A stretch of DNA of 64,000 bases, taken from positions 72,251 to 136,250 of the forward strand of contig CAWIJC010000004.1 of NCBI GenBank assembly GCA_963836365.1, written 5' to 3'. Position 1 is the first letter of the stretch. Every line of letters begins with the position of its first letter. Below, piece after piece: positions 45,315-56,158 of this stretch. A model generated the notes under the pieces. The model was not told the DNA's origin, made no database searches, and saw only the letters and a program-made list of their open reading frames with translations. This DNA is from an uncultured Actinomycetes bacterium. GTDB lineage: Bacteria > Actinomycetota > Acidimicrobiia > IMCC26256 > PALSA-610. Both the position numbers and the translations under genes were made by a program.

Positions 45315-46202
45315 CTAAGCGAAGCGCACGATCGACAAGGCGCCAAAGGCGAGGCAGTAGACGGCGAACGGCAGGAGGTTGTGGGTCTCGAAGAAGCGCA
45401 TGAGGAATCGAACCGACACATACGCCGCGACGGCGGCGAACGCGCTCCCGACGAGGGCTTGGCCGCGTACGCCGTCGCCGAGAGGGCCGGCGAGATCCGG
45501 GATCTTGTAGACGCCCGCCGCGAAGATGATCGGTGTTGCGAGCAAGAACGAGAATCGGGCCGCGTCCTCGTGGTCGAGACCGCGCACGAGCCCTGCCACC
45601 ATCGTGACGCCAGATCGGCTGATTCCCGCGAACAGCGCCGTGACCTGCGCGATGCCGACGGCGCCCGCTTCCTTGAAGTCGAGCGTCTCGAGACGTCGTC
45701 CGATCTCGGGCGCGTTGCGCGCGGGCGTACGCGTCGCCGACGCAATGCGCCGGCCGCGGCGACGCACGCGCTCGCCGGCCAACAGGATCACGCCGTTGAC
45801 CGTCAGGAAGATCGCGGCCGCGAGCGGTTTGGCGAACAGCGTCCGAAGTGAGTGTTCGAGAGCGAGACCTGTCAGCCCGGCGGGGATCGTCGCGATGATC
45901 AGCAGCCACGCCATGCGTTCGTCGGCTGTCTCGCAACGGCGGGTGCGAAGCGTCCGGAAGAAGCCGCGGACGATGCGCGCCCAGTCGTCGCGGAAGTACC
46001 CGAGCAACGCGAGCGCCGTCGCGACGTGCAACGCGACGACGAACGCGAGATAGAACGACTCGTTCGCCGATTGCGCGTTGACGACGCGATCCCATCCGAG
46101 CCACGCCGGAATCAACACCGAGTGCCCCAGGCTCGAGATCGGGAACAGCTCCGTGACACCCTGCAACAGGCCGATCACGATCGCTTGGAAGTAGCTGATC
46201 AT
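45315..46202 (-). CDS. uppP: Undecaprenyl-diphosphate phosphatase
   Basis: Motifs QGVTELFPISSLGH, GISRSGVT and ARFSFLLATP. Confidence 0.93.
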   Translation of the reverse strand: MISYFQAIVIGLLQGVTELFPISSLGHSVLIPAWLGWDRVVNAQSANESFYLAFVVALHVATALALLGYFRDDWARIVRGFFRTLRTRRCETADERMAWLLIIATIPAGLTGLALEHSLRTLFAKPLAAAIFLTVNGVILLAGERVRRRGRRIASATRTPARNAPEIGRRLETLDFKEAGAVGIAQVTALFAGISRSGVTMVAGLVRGLDHEDAARFSFLLATPIIFAAGVYKIPDLAGPLGDGVRGQALVGSAFAAVAAYVSVRFLMRFFETHNLLPFAVYCLAFGALSIVRFA

Positions 46203-47212
46203 GGCGCGAGTGAGGTGCACTGCGCGGTTGCTTGGAACCCAGGCGCAGTTGCGCCGCCGCAGGCCCAGAGACGTCGCCGGTAAATCGCGAACGCGGCGCC
46301 GTGCCGGGGCACGAGCATCGGCTCCGTTGTCCAGCTACCGGATCGCAATACTTGCACGACCTTGGCGAGTCCCGTTTCCCGGGCCGGTTCACCGCCGGCG
46401 ACCAGCGTGACGCCGTTGAGCTTGCCCGCGGCCGCGCCTGACGTACCGGTCGGCAGCGTCGCGAGCGTGCGCCACGCGGATGTCTTGCTGTCGAAGCAGT
46501 CGATCGACGCGCTCGTTGCCGGCGTGCGCCCGCCGGCGACGCATGCGAGAGAACCGTCGACGTATCCGGCGACGTGGTTCCTCGGTGCAGGCATCGGTGG
46601 GATGTCGTGCCAGGTGTTCGTGTCGGCGTCGTACGACTCCGGAACGGCGACCTGCACCGCACCGTCTCGCCCGCCGATCGCGTAGAGGCGACCGCCCGCG
46701 CTCAGCAACGCGAGTGCGCCGCGTCGGCGCCGCATCGGCGCGAGCTCGTGCCAACTGGTCGAGCCCGGCGAGAGCCGGAACATCCGGTTGGTCGCACCAT
46801 CGGTCGTGAACCCTCCCGCGACGTACACCGTGTTCCCGACGGCGGCTGCGCCCGGATGGTTCACTGCGACGGGAAGCGACGGTTGGCGCGTCCACGCCGA
46901 ACCGTCGAACGCGAACACCGACGCGGAGCTGTTGCGCGTTTCGTCGTAGCCGCCCGCGACATACAACCGGTCGCCCGCGCTCGCCGCTGCGGCCTCTTGG
47001 ATCGCAATCGGCAGCGGCGGCTCGAAGCGTTGCGGCTCGGCCGGCGCCGTCGGTGCACTCGACGCATGCGTGAACGTTGTCGTGTTCGCCACGGTGGTCC
47101 CCACCGCGTCCGCGGCGGCCGTCGGATGGCTGCTCCCGGCGCTGCATCCGCACAATGCAAGCACAGACGCACACCCAAGCAGCCGAAAGGCACGCGACGC
47201 AGAGCGGGTCAC
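46199..47212 (-). CDS. Kelch-repeat lipoprotein
   Basis: Lipobox-like LALCGC and six YVAGG/YAIGG...W Kelch blades; GTGA-coupled to the upstream gene. Confidence 0.85.
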   Translation of the reverse strand: MTRSASRAFRLLGCASVLALCGCSAGSSHPTAAADAVGTTVANTTTFTHASSAPTAPAEPQRFEPPLPIAIQEAAAASAGDRLYVAGGYDETRNSSASVFAFDGSAWTRQPSLPVAVNHPGAAAVGNTVYVAGGFTTDGATNRMFRLSPGSTSWHELAPMRRRRGALALLSAGGRLYAIGGRDGAVQVAVPESYDADTNTWHDIPPMPAPRNHVAGYVDGSLACVAGGRTPATSASIDCFDSKTSAWRTLATLPTGTSGAAAGKLNGVTLVAGGEPARETGLAKVVQVLRSGSWTTEPMLVPRHGAAFAIYRRRLWACGGATAPGFQATAQCTSLAP

Positions 47213-48414
47213 CGCATCACTCCGGTATGACCGGTGGAGTAGCGACCAGGTTGGGGCCACACGCAAAGACCGTGCGGCTGATTCGGAACGTGGATCGTCG
47301 CGATGAGGTGACCGTCGATGGTCGAGATGGCGTACACGGCGGCTTTGTAGCGACCCGCGAGCCAAAGCACATTGCCGTCGGCCGAGACTCCGCCCATGTC
47401 CGGTGTGGTCCCCGGAAGGCTCCAAGTGCTGACGACGTGTCGCGACGCGAAGTCGATCACGCTGATGGATCCTCCACGCCGATTGGAGACGTAGAGACGA
47501 CGCGCATCGCGACTCGGGTACAGGCCGTGCGCGTCGACGCCGGTCGGGATGAAGCCGACCGACCGAAACGACGCACCGTCGATCATGTGGACGCCGCCGA
47601 GCTTCATGTCCGCGACGTAGAAGATTCGTCCAGCCGGCTCGAGCTTGACATCTTGCGGGCTCGAGCCCGGGAGGTCGAGGTAGCCGACGATCTTTCGGCT
47701 CGCGACGTCAACCTTGACGAGCCGGCCCGCGAACTCGCACGACGCGATGAGGTAAGTGCCATCGGCGCTGAAGTCGAGGTGGTCGATGCCCCTGCAGTCG
47801 ACCGGGACCGAGGTGCGCAGCGCGAACGTGTGCGGGTCGCGGAAGTCGAGGCGGCCGAGACGTTCGGCGACCACGATCGCTGCGCTGCCGTCGGGGGTGA
47901 AATACAGGTTGTAGGGGTCGGTGACGGGAATGTTCGGGCCCGCAACACGTCCGCTGTTCGGATCGATCGGTGTCAGCGAGTTCCCGAGATTGTTCGCCGC
48001 GTACAGCGTGTGCAGGTCCCATGCGGGTACGACGTGTTGCGGGCGCGCGCCCGTGAGGTAGCGATCGATCACCCGAAACGTGGCGGGATCGATGACGTCG
48101 ACGTACGACGATCCGCTCTCAGGGACGTAGACGAGCGACCGCGCGCCGCGCGTAGCCGGGCTGAACATGGCCGGACCTGTATGGGCGTACACGTTGGTGA
48201 CGCGCGATGAGCGCCTCTGCGTGATCGTGGCCTTCTTCTCCGCCGTGGTGGGAGCGGTGGCACGCGTCGCACCCGGGTCGTTGCGGGTCGAGGGCCCGGT
48301 CGAGCGGCTCGACCCGCTGCACGACGCCGCGGCAATGCATACCAGAGCGACGACGCTCGATCGGCGCGCTCGGAGCGACACGCGTGCGCGTTGCGGGCAT
48401 CGACGCGAAGACAT
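47209..48414 (-). CDS. YncE/YVTN beta-propeller lipoprotein
   Basis: Lipobox AAASC, DPYNLYFTPDG, LYVSNR and GRYSTGHTG. Confidence 0.85.
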   Translation of the reverse strand: MSSRRCPQRARVSLRARRSSVVALVCIAAASCSGSSRSTGPSTRNDPGATRATAPTTAEKKATITQRRSSRVTNVYAHTGPAMFSPATRGARSLVYVPESGSSYVDVIDPATFRVIDRYLTGARPQHVVPAWDLHTLYAANNLGNSLTPIDPNSGRVAGPNIPVTDPYNLYFTPDGSAAIVVAERLGRLDFRDPHTFALRTSVPVDCRGIDHLDFSADGTYLIASCEFAGRLVKVDVASRKIVGYLDLPGSSPQDVKLEPAGRIFYVADMKLGGVHMIDGASFRSVGFIPTGVDAHGLYPSRDARRLYVSNRRGGSISVIDFASRHVVSTWSLPGTTPDMGGVSADGNVLWLAGRYKAAVYAISTIDGHLIATIHVPNQPHGLCVWPQPGRYSTGHTGVMR

Positions 48415-48428
48415 CGTTCAGCTCCGGG

Positions 48429-51084
48429 TCAGAGCTCTCGAAGCACGGTGATGGGTGCGGTTTCGGCGCGGCGAATCGCGTCGGTCGACGCGATCACGAC
48501 CGCGGTGATCGCGACGGCCGCGACGAGCGTGAGATATGCCCACGGGACCGAGAGGGCGGCGGGCGGCGGATCGAAGACGCCGGTCAGCACTTTCACCAGC
48601 ATTGTCGCGAGCGCCCAGCTCGCAAGCGCGCCTACGAGCAGTCCACCGCCGGTGACGAACGCGGCGTCGGCCCACACGAAGCCTCCGAGTTGTCGCGGTT
48701 TCGCGCCCAGCGCCGATGCGATCGCGAACATGCGCCGCCGTTCGGCGAACCCGAGCGCGAGCACGAGACCGGTCGCGGCCGCGGCGAGCGCGATCGCGAA
48801 GCCGAGCTCGACACGCGTCAGCCCGGCCAGGTCGACGGCGGTGAGGCTCGAACCGACGACCTTGCGCGTGCTGCCTATGTCGGTGACGACCGCGGTAATT
48901 CCGAGCCGGCTGCGCAGTCGATCCGCAACTGCCCGCGGCGACGACCCGTGCGTGCTGACGAGGAAGGCGCCGACGGCGTCGGAGCCGGTGCGTTGCGCGA
49001 CATAGTCGGCGTTGGCGACGATGAAGCTGTCGCGCGGTGCGGTCGGGAACTCCTTGGCGATGCCGACGTACCGGAACGGGACTTGCACGAGACGCGTGCT
49101 GCTGACGTCGCGGAGGCGCAAGCGCACCTGGTCGCCGGGTTGGAGCTGGAAGTCCTTGACGGTCTCCGCGCTGAGCAGGATGGCATCGGGTTGCGCGCCG
49201 AGCCGGTGCATCAGCGCGCGGGCGGTACCGCCTTGGAAGTACGCGTCTTGGAGTCTCGTCGCGGCGACGATCGTCGACGTCCGGACGCCGTAGAGGTCTT
49301 GCAGATCCGCGCCGACGTACGCGAAGCGATGCTGTATGGGCTCGACCGCGTTCACGCCGCGTACGGAAGAGATCGTGCCCGCCCCGCCCGGGCCGACGGA
49401 GACTCCGGGTGGTTCGGTCACGGTCACATCGGCCCCATTGGTGAGGCGAGCGTCCACGTCGGCTTGAGAGCGGTAGGTGCTGTTGAACACCGCGGTCGAC
49501 GCCGCGAACGCGGTCGTGAGTGCCGCCAGCGCGAGTGCGCTCGCGAGCAGGCTGCGCTGGCGCCGCATTGTCGCACCGACGGTACCAGCGAGACGGCCCG
49601 CGAAAGGCCGCGCGAGAAGTCGCGCGAGACGACGACTGCGCCCGAGGAGCGTGTAAGCAACACGCCACGCGAGGAGGCCAGCACCGATCCAGAGCAGCGC
49701 GGGACCCGCGAGCGCCCAATAGCTGACGGAGATCGACGGTGTTCCTTCGGGCGCGAGCACGAGCTTGTAGCCCGAGCGACCGCTGAGCCAGAACACGAGA
49801 CCCGAGAGTGCGAGCGACATTACGTCGGCGCCGACGCGCATCCAACGGGGAGCGGACGCGCGACCGATCGTGCGGCGCGCACCCATGACCGTGATCGATC
49901 GCACATCGCGCCACGCGGGAACTGTGATTGCTACTGACGCGATCGTGAGTCCGACGAGTGCGGCGCCCGACGAGAACTCGAGGGCAGTCGCGGTTCTCGC
50001 ACCGAACGACGCGCTTCCATACGCCAACCGTCCGACGATCGACGCGCCGGCCAGGCCAACAACCGCGCCCAGGCCACCCACGAGCGCCGCTTCGAGCACG
50101 GCGAGCCGCACGAGGACGCGCGTGTCCGCGCCCCGCGTGCGCAGCAGCGCTTGCTCGCGGCGGCGCCGGCTCGCCCCGGACGCCGCCACCGCGACCGTGA
50201 GCAACCCGGCGAGCGCCGCGCCGGGAAGCCCGAGAAACAGGAACAACACCTGCGCGTACAACGCATCGGAACGCGCGGCGCCGAGCGTTGCTGCAAGGTT
50301 GTCACCGACAAGTGCGCTGCCGGACAAGCCTGCCTCGAGATTGTGCGCGGCGCGAGTCACCTGCGTGTACGCCGACGACGGATCGTGCGCGAGCGCGTGC
50401 GACAGGCACGGCGTGGATCTGGGTGTGGATCATGTCGGGCCGCGTTCGCGCCAGCGGATCGAAGATCGTGTGCCACGTGCTCGCGGGGAGGACGACGACG
50501 TTGTCGGGCGGTGCCTGCGGTTGCGCGCCGGACGGAGCGCCGACCTTCTGGAACAACGAGTCCGCTTGGGGAAGGTCGACCACGCCCTCGACGCGTACCC
50601 GCGCGGCACGGAGGCCGGCGCGACCGATGGTGATCGTGTCGCCGGGCGCGACCCGCAGGTTGGCGGCGGTCTGTTGCGCGACCAGGACGCCTCTTCCAGT
50701 GCCAGCCAGATCGCGAATCTCGCCCGGGAACGCGTTGCGGTAGCCGTCGGGGAGGCCGAGCACGAACCCGGGGCCCGTCGTTTGCGTCGAACCGCGCGTC
50801 GTGGATCGCAAGCCCGCCGTCTGCGCGAATCCGACCGGAAGTGCAGTCTCGGCCCGCGTCCGCACCGAGTCGAGCACTGCTTTCTGATCTGCCCCCGGCT
50901 GCACCTCGACCTGCCAATCGACCGCAACCGTCTGCACGGCGCGCTTGGTCATCGTCGCTTGGGATCCCGCAAGAAAGGCGCCGATCGAAGCGATGAGCGC
51001 GACCGCGATCGCGACGCCCGCGGCCGTCGCGCCGAGTCGGCCCGTGCGGCGCAGGAGCGCTCGCGTCCATGTCAGGCCGTACAA
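48429..51084 (-). CDS. Double-length FtsX/MacB-type ABC permease (frameshift near 50400)
   Basis: Two FtsX halves (RRREQALLRTRGA and ERRRMFAIASALGA), each with a large extracytoplasmic domain. Confidence 0.85.
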
Positions 51085-51770
51085 GTCTCGGCCCCTGTTC
51101 GTGCGCCGAGCTTCCCATCGGCGAGCGGCCAGATGTGATCGAGGCGGGTGCCGACCGCGGGATCGTGCGTGCTGACGACGAGCGCGGCGCCGCATTCCGA
51201 TGCGGCGCCGAGCAGCACGTCGACGACGCGCGCCGCGGTGATGTGGTCGAGTTGGCCGGTCGGCTCGTCGGCGAGCAGCAGGCGCGGCTGTTGCACCAAC
51301 GCCCGCGCGATCGCGACACGTTGCATCTGGCCGCCGGACAGCTCCTCGGGCAGCTTTGCCCGAAGCTCCACGAGGTCGAGGCGCGCGAGCGCGTCGTGCG
51401 CTCGGTCGCGCGCGTCTGACTCGTTCATACCGCCGAGCACGAGCGGGAGCGCGACATTCTCGATGACGTCGAGCGGTGGCAGAAGGCTGGGACCTTGCAG
51501 CACCAGCGCGATCGGCCCCGGGCGAAGCGAATGCCGATCGCCGAGACCCGGCCACTCGATCGTCCCCGCAGTCGGCTCGTCGATGCCGGCGATCAAGTGG
51601 AGCAGCGTCGACTTCCCCGATCCCGACGGGCCCATCAACGCGATGCGCTCGCCCGGCCAAATCTCGCACGTCGCTCCGTGCAGCGCGACGACGGCCGCGG
51701 GCCCGGCGCCATACGTACGCGCGAGCGCGTCACATCGCACGAGCGCGTCGTCGTGACCACGCGTGCTCAC
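51072..51770 (-). CDS. ABC ATPase (LolD/MacB-like) 2
   Basis: Motifs GPSGSGKST, LSGGQMQR and LADEPTGQLD. Confidence 0.93.
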   Translation of the reverse strand: MSTRGHDDALVRCDALARTYGAGPAAVVALHGATCEIWPGERIALMGPSGSGKSTLLHLIAGIDEPTAGTIEWPGLGDRHSLRPGPIALVLQGPSLLPPLDVIENVALPLVLGGMNESDARDRAHDALARLDLVELRAKLPEELSGGQMQRVAIARALVQQPRLLLADEPTGQLDHITAARVVDVLLGAASECGAALVVSTHDPAVGTRLDHIWPLADGKLGARTGAETCTA

Positions 51771-52432
51771 GAGACCATTTGCCCGTCGCGCAGTGCGACG
51801 ACGCGGTCGGCCTCGGCGGCGATCGCGTCGCTGTGGGTCACGACGATCACCGCGGCACCGTTACCGGCGCGGCTGCGGAGGCGCTCGACGAGCCGGGCCG
51901 CGGATCCCTGATCGAGCTCACCAGTCGGCTCGTCGGCGAGGACGACACCCGGATCGTTCGCGATCGCGACCGCCAGCCCGGCCCGGGCGAGCTCCCCTCC
52001 TGAGAGCTCCGGCGGTCGCGCACCGGCGCGGTCGCCGATCCCGAGCTCGCCGAGCACGTCGCTCACCGAGGCTCGGGCGCCGGGTTGCCCGGCGAGTCGG
52101 CGGACGAGCCGCACGTTCTCGCGGACCGTCAAATCGTCGAGGAGGTTCGCGTGCTGGAACAGCACGCCGATCCGGCGCGCGCGTATCGCTGCTCTCGCGC
52201 GCTCGCTTCGGCGCGAGAGCTGCTCCCCGCACACACGAACCACGCCGCCGTCGGGCTCGTCGAGACCGGCGAGGCAGGCGAGCAGCGTCGACTTTCCGGA
52301 ACCCGACGGTCCTGTCACCGCCACGAGCTCACCGCCCTCGACCACGAGTGATACGCCGCGCAGCGCGAGGACTTCGTCGTCGCCGGCGTGGAAAAAGCGA
52401 TACACATCACGCGCTTCGATCGCGCAGGTCAT
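51767..52432 (-). CDS. ABC ATPase (LolD/MacB-like) 1
   Basis: Motifs GPSGSGKST, LSGGE and LADEPTGELD. Confidence 0.93.
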   Translation of the reverse strand: MTCAIEARDVYRFFHAGDDEVLALRGVSLVVEGGELVAVTGPSGSGKSTLLACLAGLDEPDGGVVRVCGEQLSRRSERARAAIRARRIGVLFQHANLLDDLTVRENVRLVRRLAGQPGARASVSDVLGELGIGDRAGARPPELSGGELARAGLAVAIANDPGVVLADEPTGELDQGSAARLVERLRSRAGNGAAVIVVTHSDAIAAEADRVVALRDGQMVS

Positions 52433-53085
52433 GCCGACCAGGCAAACGACTCGGTCACGCGCTTCCAGGGGTCGACGTTGTCGGCACCGTGCGCCGACGA
52501 CAGCGTCAACGTCACCTGCGTGCCGTCGCGCCAGTACTCGTATTGCTCGACGTCGAGCGCGACGCGTTTACCGGTGACCGGGTCCGGCGCGGACGTGGCG
52601 CCGTACGCCACCAACACGACCGGCCCGGCCGGGCGCGTCACCAAGCTGACGCGGCCGAGCGAGAAGCCGTCCACGCTGTGCTGCAGCGCGGGCACCCCGC
52701 TCGATTGCACGTTCGCGACTGTCGGCGCCGCGGGCAGCTGCGCGACGGCGATGCGTATCGAGTTGTAGTGGTCGGTGAACGTCGTCGCCGCACCGGCCTC
52801 GGTGCGCGCCCAGCCCTCGGGAACCTCGAGCGAGTACGCGCCCGAGCGCGGGCTGTACTTCACGAACGCCTGGTTGTCGGGGATGTCGCCCGGCGGGGCC
52901 GCTTCGGGGGCGTTGGGATTCGCGCCGCGCACCGTCGTCACCGACGCGGGTTGCGTCGACGCCGTGGGCGCGGTCCCCTTGCTACCCCCGGACGAGCCGC
53001 ACGCGACCGGCACGGCGCTCGTGAGCAGCAGCGCGGCGGTGCCGATCACGCGGGCTCGGCGTCGCGTTTCCCGTTCGCCGGCCAT
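52429..53085 (-). CDS. Lipoprotein (PsbP-like fold suggested)
   Basis: Lipobox PVACG, PPGDIPDNQAFV, VPEGW and GADNVDPW. Confidence 0.75.
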   Translation of the reverse strand: MAGERETRRRARVIGTAALLLTSAVPVACGSSGGSKGTAPTASTQPASVTTVRGANPNAPEAAPPGDIPDNQAFVKYSPRSGAYSLEVPEGWARTEAGAATTFTDHYNSIRIAVAQLPAAPTVANVQSSGVPALQHSVDGFSLGRVSLVTRPAGPVVLVAYGATSAPDPVTGKRVALDVEQYEYWRDGTQVTLTLSSAHGADNVDPWKRVTESFAWSA

Positions 53086-53164
53086 CTCGTCGACCGTACG
53101 ACGCGCACCAGAATCGACCGCTTCTCGTGAGGTAAGCGACCGGCAAAATCTCCGCGGTCGATCG

Positions 53165-54082
53165 GTGAGCCTCGAGAAGACCCTGCTGCTCGGTTTCATC
53201 GCCGGCGCCACGATCGTCTTCGGTCTGCCAATCGCTCGCCTGCGGCGGTCGGCCGTGAGAATGCGGCTGCTGGCGAACGCGATCGCGGTAGGGATCCTGC
53301 TCTTCCTTTTGTGGGACGTGCTCTCGGCCGCGTGGGAGCCCATTGACGGCGCGCTCTCGGATGTGCATGCCGGCAACGGCGGGCTCGCGAGCGCACTCGG
53401 ATACGGTGTGTTGTTCGTCGGCGGTATCAGCGCGGGCCTGCTCGCACTCGTCACGTACGAATCCTGGATGGACCGCATCACCGGCGAACCCCTGCGCTCC
53501 CTCGTCGACGCCGACGCACTCGACCAGACCGCACCGATGCCCACCGGCTCGCACGCGGCGACCAGTGCCGTGCTCGCGCCCGCGCGCCGTGGCCTCGCGA
53601 CGTGGTCGCACGGACCTCAGCTCGCGCTTCTGATTGCGGTCGGCGTCGGGTTGCACAACTTCGCGGAAGGTCTCGCGATCGGCCAAGCGGCGGCATCCGA
53701 CGAGATCGCCCTCGCGACGCTGCTCGTCGTCGGGTTTGCGTTGCACAACGCGACCGAAGCCTTTGGCATCGTCGCGCCGCTCGCGGGTGAAACGACCGAG
53801 GACGGCGTTCGTGCAGTACCGAGTTGGGGATTTCTGCTCGGGCTCGGCGCGATCGGTGGTGATCCGACCTTCATCGGCACCGCGATCGGTCACGCGTTCA
53901 CGTCGGAGACCGTCTCCGTGTTGTTTCTCACGCTTGCGGCGGGTTCGATTCTCTACGTCGTCGTGCAGTTGGTCGCCGTTGCCGCGAAGTCAAGACGGAT
54001 GGACCTCCTCGCGTACGGAATGCTGATCGGACTCCTCGCGGGATTCGCAACCGACGCGGTGGTCAGCGCGGCGGGGATCTGA
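53165..54082 (+). CDS. ZIP-family divalent metal transporter
   Basis: GLHNFAEGLAIG and ALHNATE metal-site motifs; about 8 TM helices. Confidence 0.9.
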   Translation: MSLEKTLLLGFIAGATIVFGLPIARLRRSAVRMRLLANAIAVGILLFLLWDVLSAAWEPIDGALSDVHAGNGGLASALGYGVLFVGGISAGLLALVTYESWMDRITGEPLRSLVDADALDQTAPMPTGSHAATSAVLAPARRGLATWSHGPQLALLIAVGVGLHNFAEGLAIGQAAASDEIALATLLVVGFALHNATEAFGIVAPLAGETTEDGVRAVPSWGFLLGLGAIGGDPTFIGTAIGHAFTSETVSVLFLTLAAGSILYVVVQLVAVAAKSRRMDLLAYGMLIGLLAGFATDAVVSAAGI

Positions 54083-54143
54083 CCACCGACGCGCGGGACG
54101 CCGCCGTCCGATTCCGCGGCGCGAGGTCCTAGCCTGGCCCGGA

Positions 54144-54821
54144 ATGAGACGGCGGGTGCTGTTGGTCGAAGATGACGCGACGATCGGTCAGTCCTTGCAA
54201 CAGGCATTGGCCGCGCAGGACTACCTCGTGACGCTCGCGATCGACGGTGCGAGCGCACGGCACGCATTCGCACACGAGCAACCCGCTCTCGTTGTGCTCG
54301 ATCTCGGCCTCCCGGATGTCGACGGCATCGAACTATGTCGGGAGCTGCGCGCGTGCGCGCCGACGACACCGATCCTGGTGCTCACGGCACGCCAAGACGA
54401 GGTCGATGTAGTTGTCGGTTTGGATGCGGGCGCCGACGATTACGTCACGAAGCCGTTCCGTCTCGCGGAGCTCTTCGCGCGGGTACGAGCGCAACTGCGG
54501 CGGCCCGAGGAGCTGTCGTGTGTCGACGTCGGCGATCTCCGCATCGACCTCGACGCGCGGCGCGCGTGGGCCGGCGACCGGGAGTTGGCGTTGCGGCCAC
54601 GCGAGTTCGAGCTGCTTGCACTGCTGGCATCGCAAGCCGGCCGGGCCGTGACACGCGAGCGCATCATGCAGGAGTGCTGGGACGAGCACTGGCACGGTTC
54701 GACCAAGACTCTCGACGTGCACATCTCGCAGCTCCGCACGAAGCTGTCCGCACACAGCGGACCTGAACGTCCGGCGATCGTGGTGTTGCGGCGCGTCGGC
54801 TACCGACTCGACGCGCCGTGA
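54144..54821 (+). CDS. OmpR/PhoB-family response regulator
   Basis: Motifs LVEDD, LDLGLP, GADDYVTKPF and RRVGYRL. Confidence 0.95.
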   Translation: MRRRVLLVEDDATIGQSLQQALAAQDYLVTLAIDGASARHAFAHEQPALVVLDLGLPDVDGIELCRELRACAPTTPILVLTARQDEVDVVVGLDAGADDYVTKPFRLAELFARVRAQLRRPEELSCVDVGDLRIDLDARRAWAGDRELALRPREFELLALLASQAGRAVTRERIMQECWDEHWHGSTKTLDVHISQLRTKLSAHSGPERPAIVVLRRVGYRLDAP

Positions 54822-56096
54822 GACGACGCATCGTCGGCTCGATCGTGGGTGTCGCCGCGATCGCCGTCGTTCTCGTCGGCGTTCCGCTCGGGTTTGCAGT
54901 CGAACGGCTGTACGCCAACCAAGAGGTTCTGCGGCTCGAACGTTCCGCGAGCGATACCTTGCGATCGATCGACACGTCGACTTTTGGAGATGGCGATCCG
55001 GTCGAGCTGCCGCCTTCCGGCACCACGCGCTTCGCCGTCTACGACCGAACCGGTGAGCGCATCGCGGGCGCCGGGCCGGCACGGGCCGACAAGCCCGTCA
55101 ACAGGGCCCTCGCCGGTTCGGTCGACGACACGCGCGAGTCGGGTCTGATCGTCGTCGCGGTACCGGTCGACGGCAGCGAACGCGTCGTTGGCGCGCTGCG
55201 CGCGAGCCGCTCGGAAGCCGTCGTCGTCAATAGGACGCGCCGGACATGGGGCGTCATGGCGCTCATCGCCGCGGCCGCCCTGCTCATCGCGGCGCTCCTC
55301 GCCCGCGTGCAGGCGCGCCGTCTCACGCGGCCGCTCGACGAGCTCGCGTCGGCGGCGACACGCCTCGGTTCAGGCGACTTCACCGTTCGCAGCGCGAGGT
55401 CCGGCATCGACGAACTCGACCGGGCGAGTAGTGCGCTGGACACCACCGCGGCACGCCTCGGCGGGCTGGTCGCCCGCGAGCGCGCGTTCAGTGCAGACGC
55501 GTCGCACCAGCTGCGCACACCGATCGCCGGGTTGCGCGTGCACGTCGAGTCGTCGCTGATCACGCCCGACACCGATCTTCGGGACGCGCTCGCCGGAACG
55601 CTCGAGCCCATCGACCGCCTCGAGACCACCGTCGAAGACCTGCTCCGCCTGGCGCGCGACACGCACGTCGATCGCTCGCCGCTCGACGTCGCGCGCCTGG
55701 TTCTCGATACCGAGCGCCACTGGCACGGAATCTACGCGGCTCGCGGCCGACCGTTGCGTGTCGTGCTCGACCCAGACCTGGCGTCGCCCGCGGTGTCCGA
55801 GCCGGCGATCCGCCAGATTCTCGGCGCGCTCCTGAGCAACGCCGAACGACACGGTTCCGGCATCGTCACGGTGACCGCCCGTAACCGGCCCGGCGCGGTC
55901 ACGATCGAAGTCGCGGACGAAGGTGAAGGCGTCGCCGAACCTCGAGGTATCTTCGACAGACGGAGCGCCTCCGGACATGGGATCGGCCTCGCGCTTCGCG
56001 CGTACCCTTGCCGAGGCCGAGGGCGGCAGGCTCCTGCTCGAGCATCCCGGACCCGCGCCGCGCTTCACGCTCCTGCTTCCCGCGTCCGCGTCGTGA
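54818..56096 (+). CDS. HAMP-domain sensor histidine kinase (frameshift near 56005)
   Basis: Two TM helices, HAMP, ASHQLRTP, LSNAERHG, DEGEG and GIGLAL. The conserved end EAEGGRL...FTLLLP is in a shifted frame. Confidence 0.92.
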
Positions 56097-56158
56097 CTGC
56101 GTACGTCGACTTGCCGGTGAGACCTCCCACGAGCCGCGCATAGTGAAGGCGAACACGA

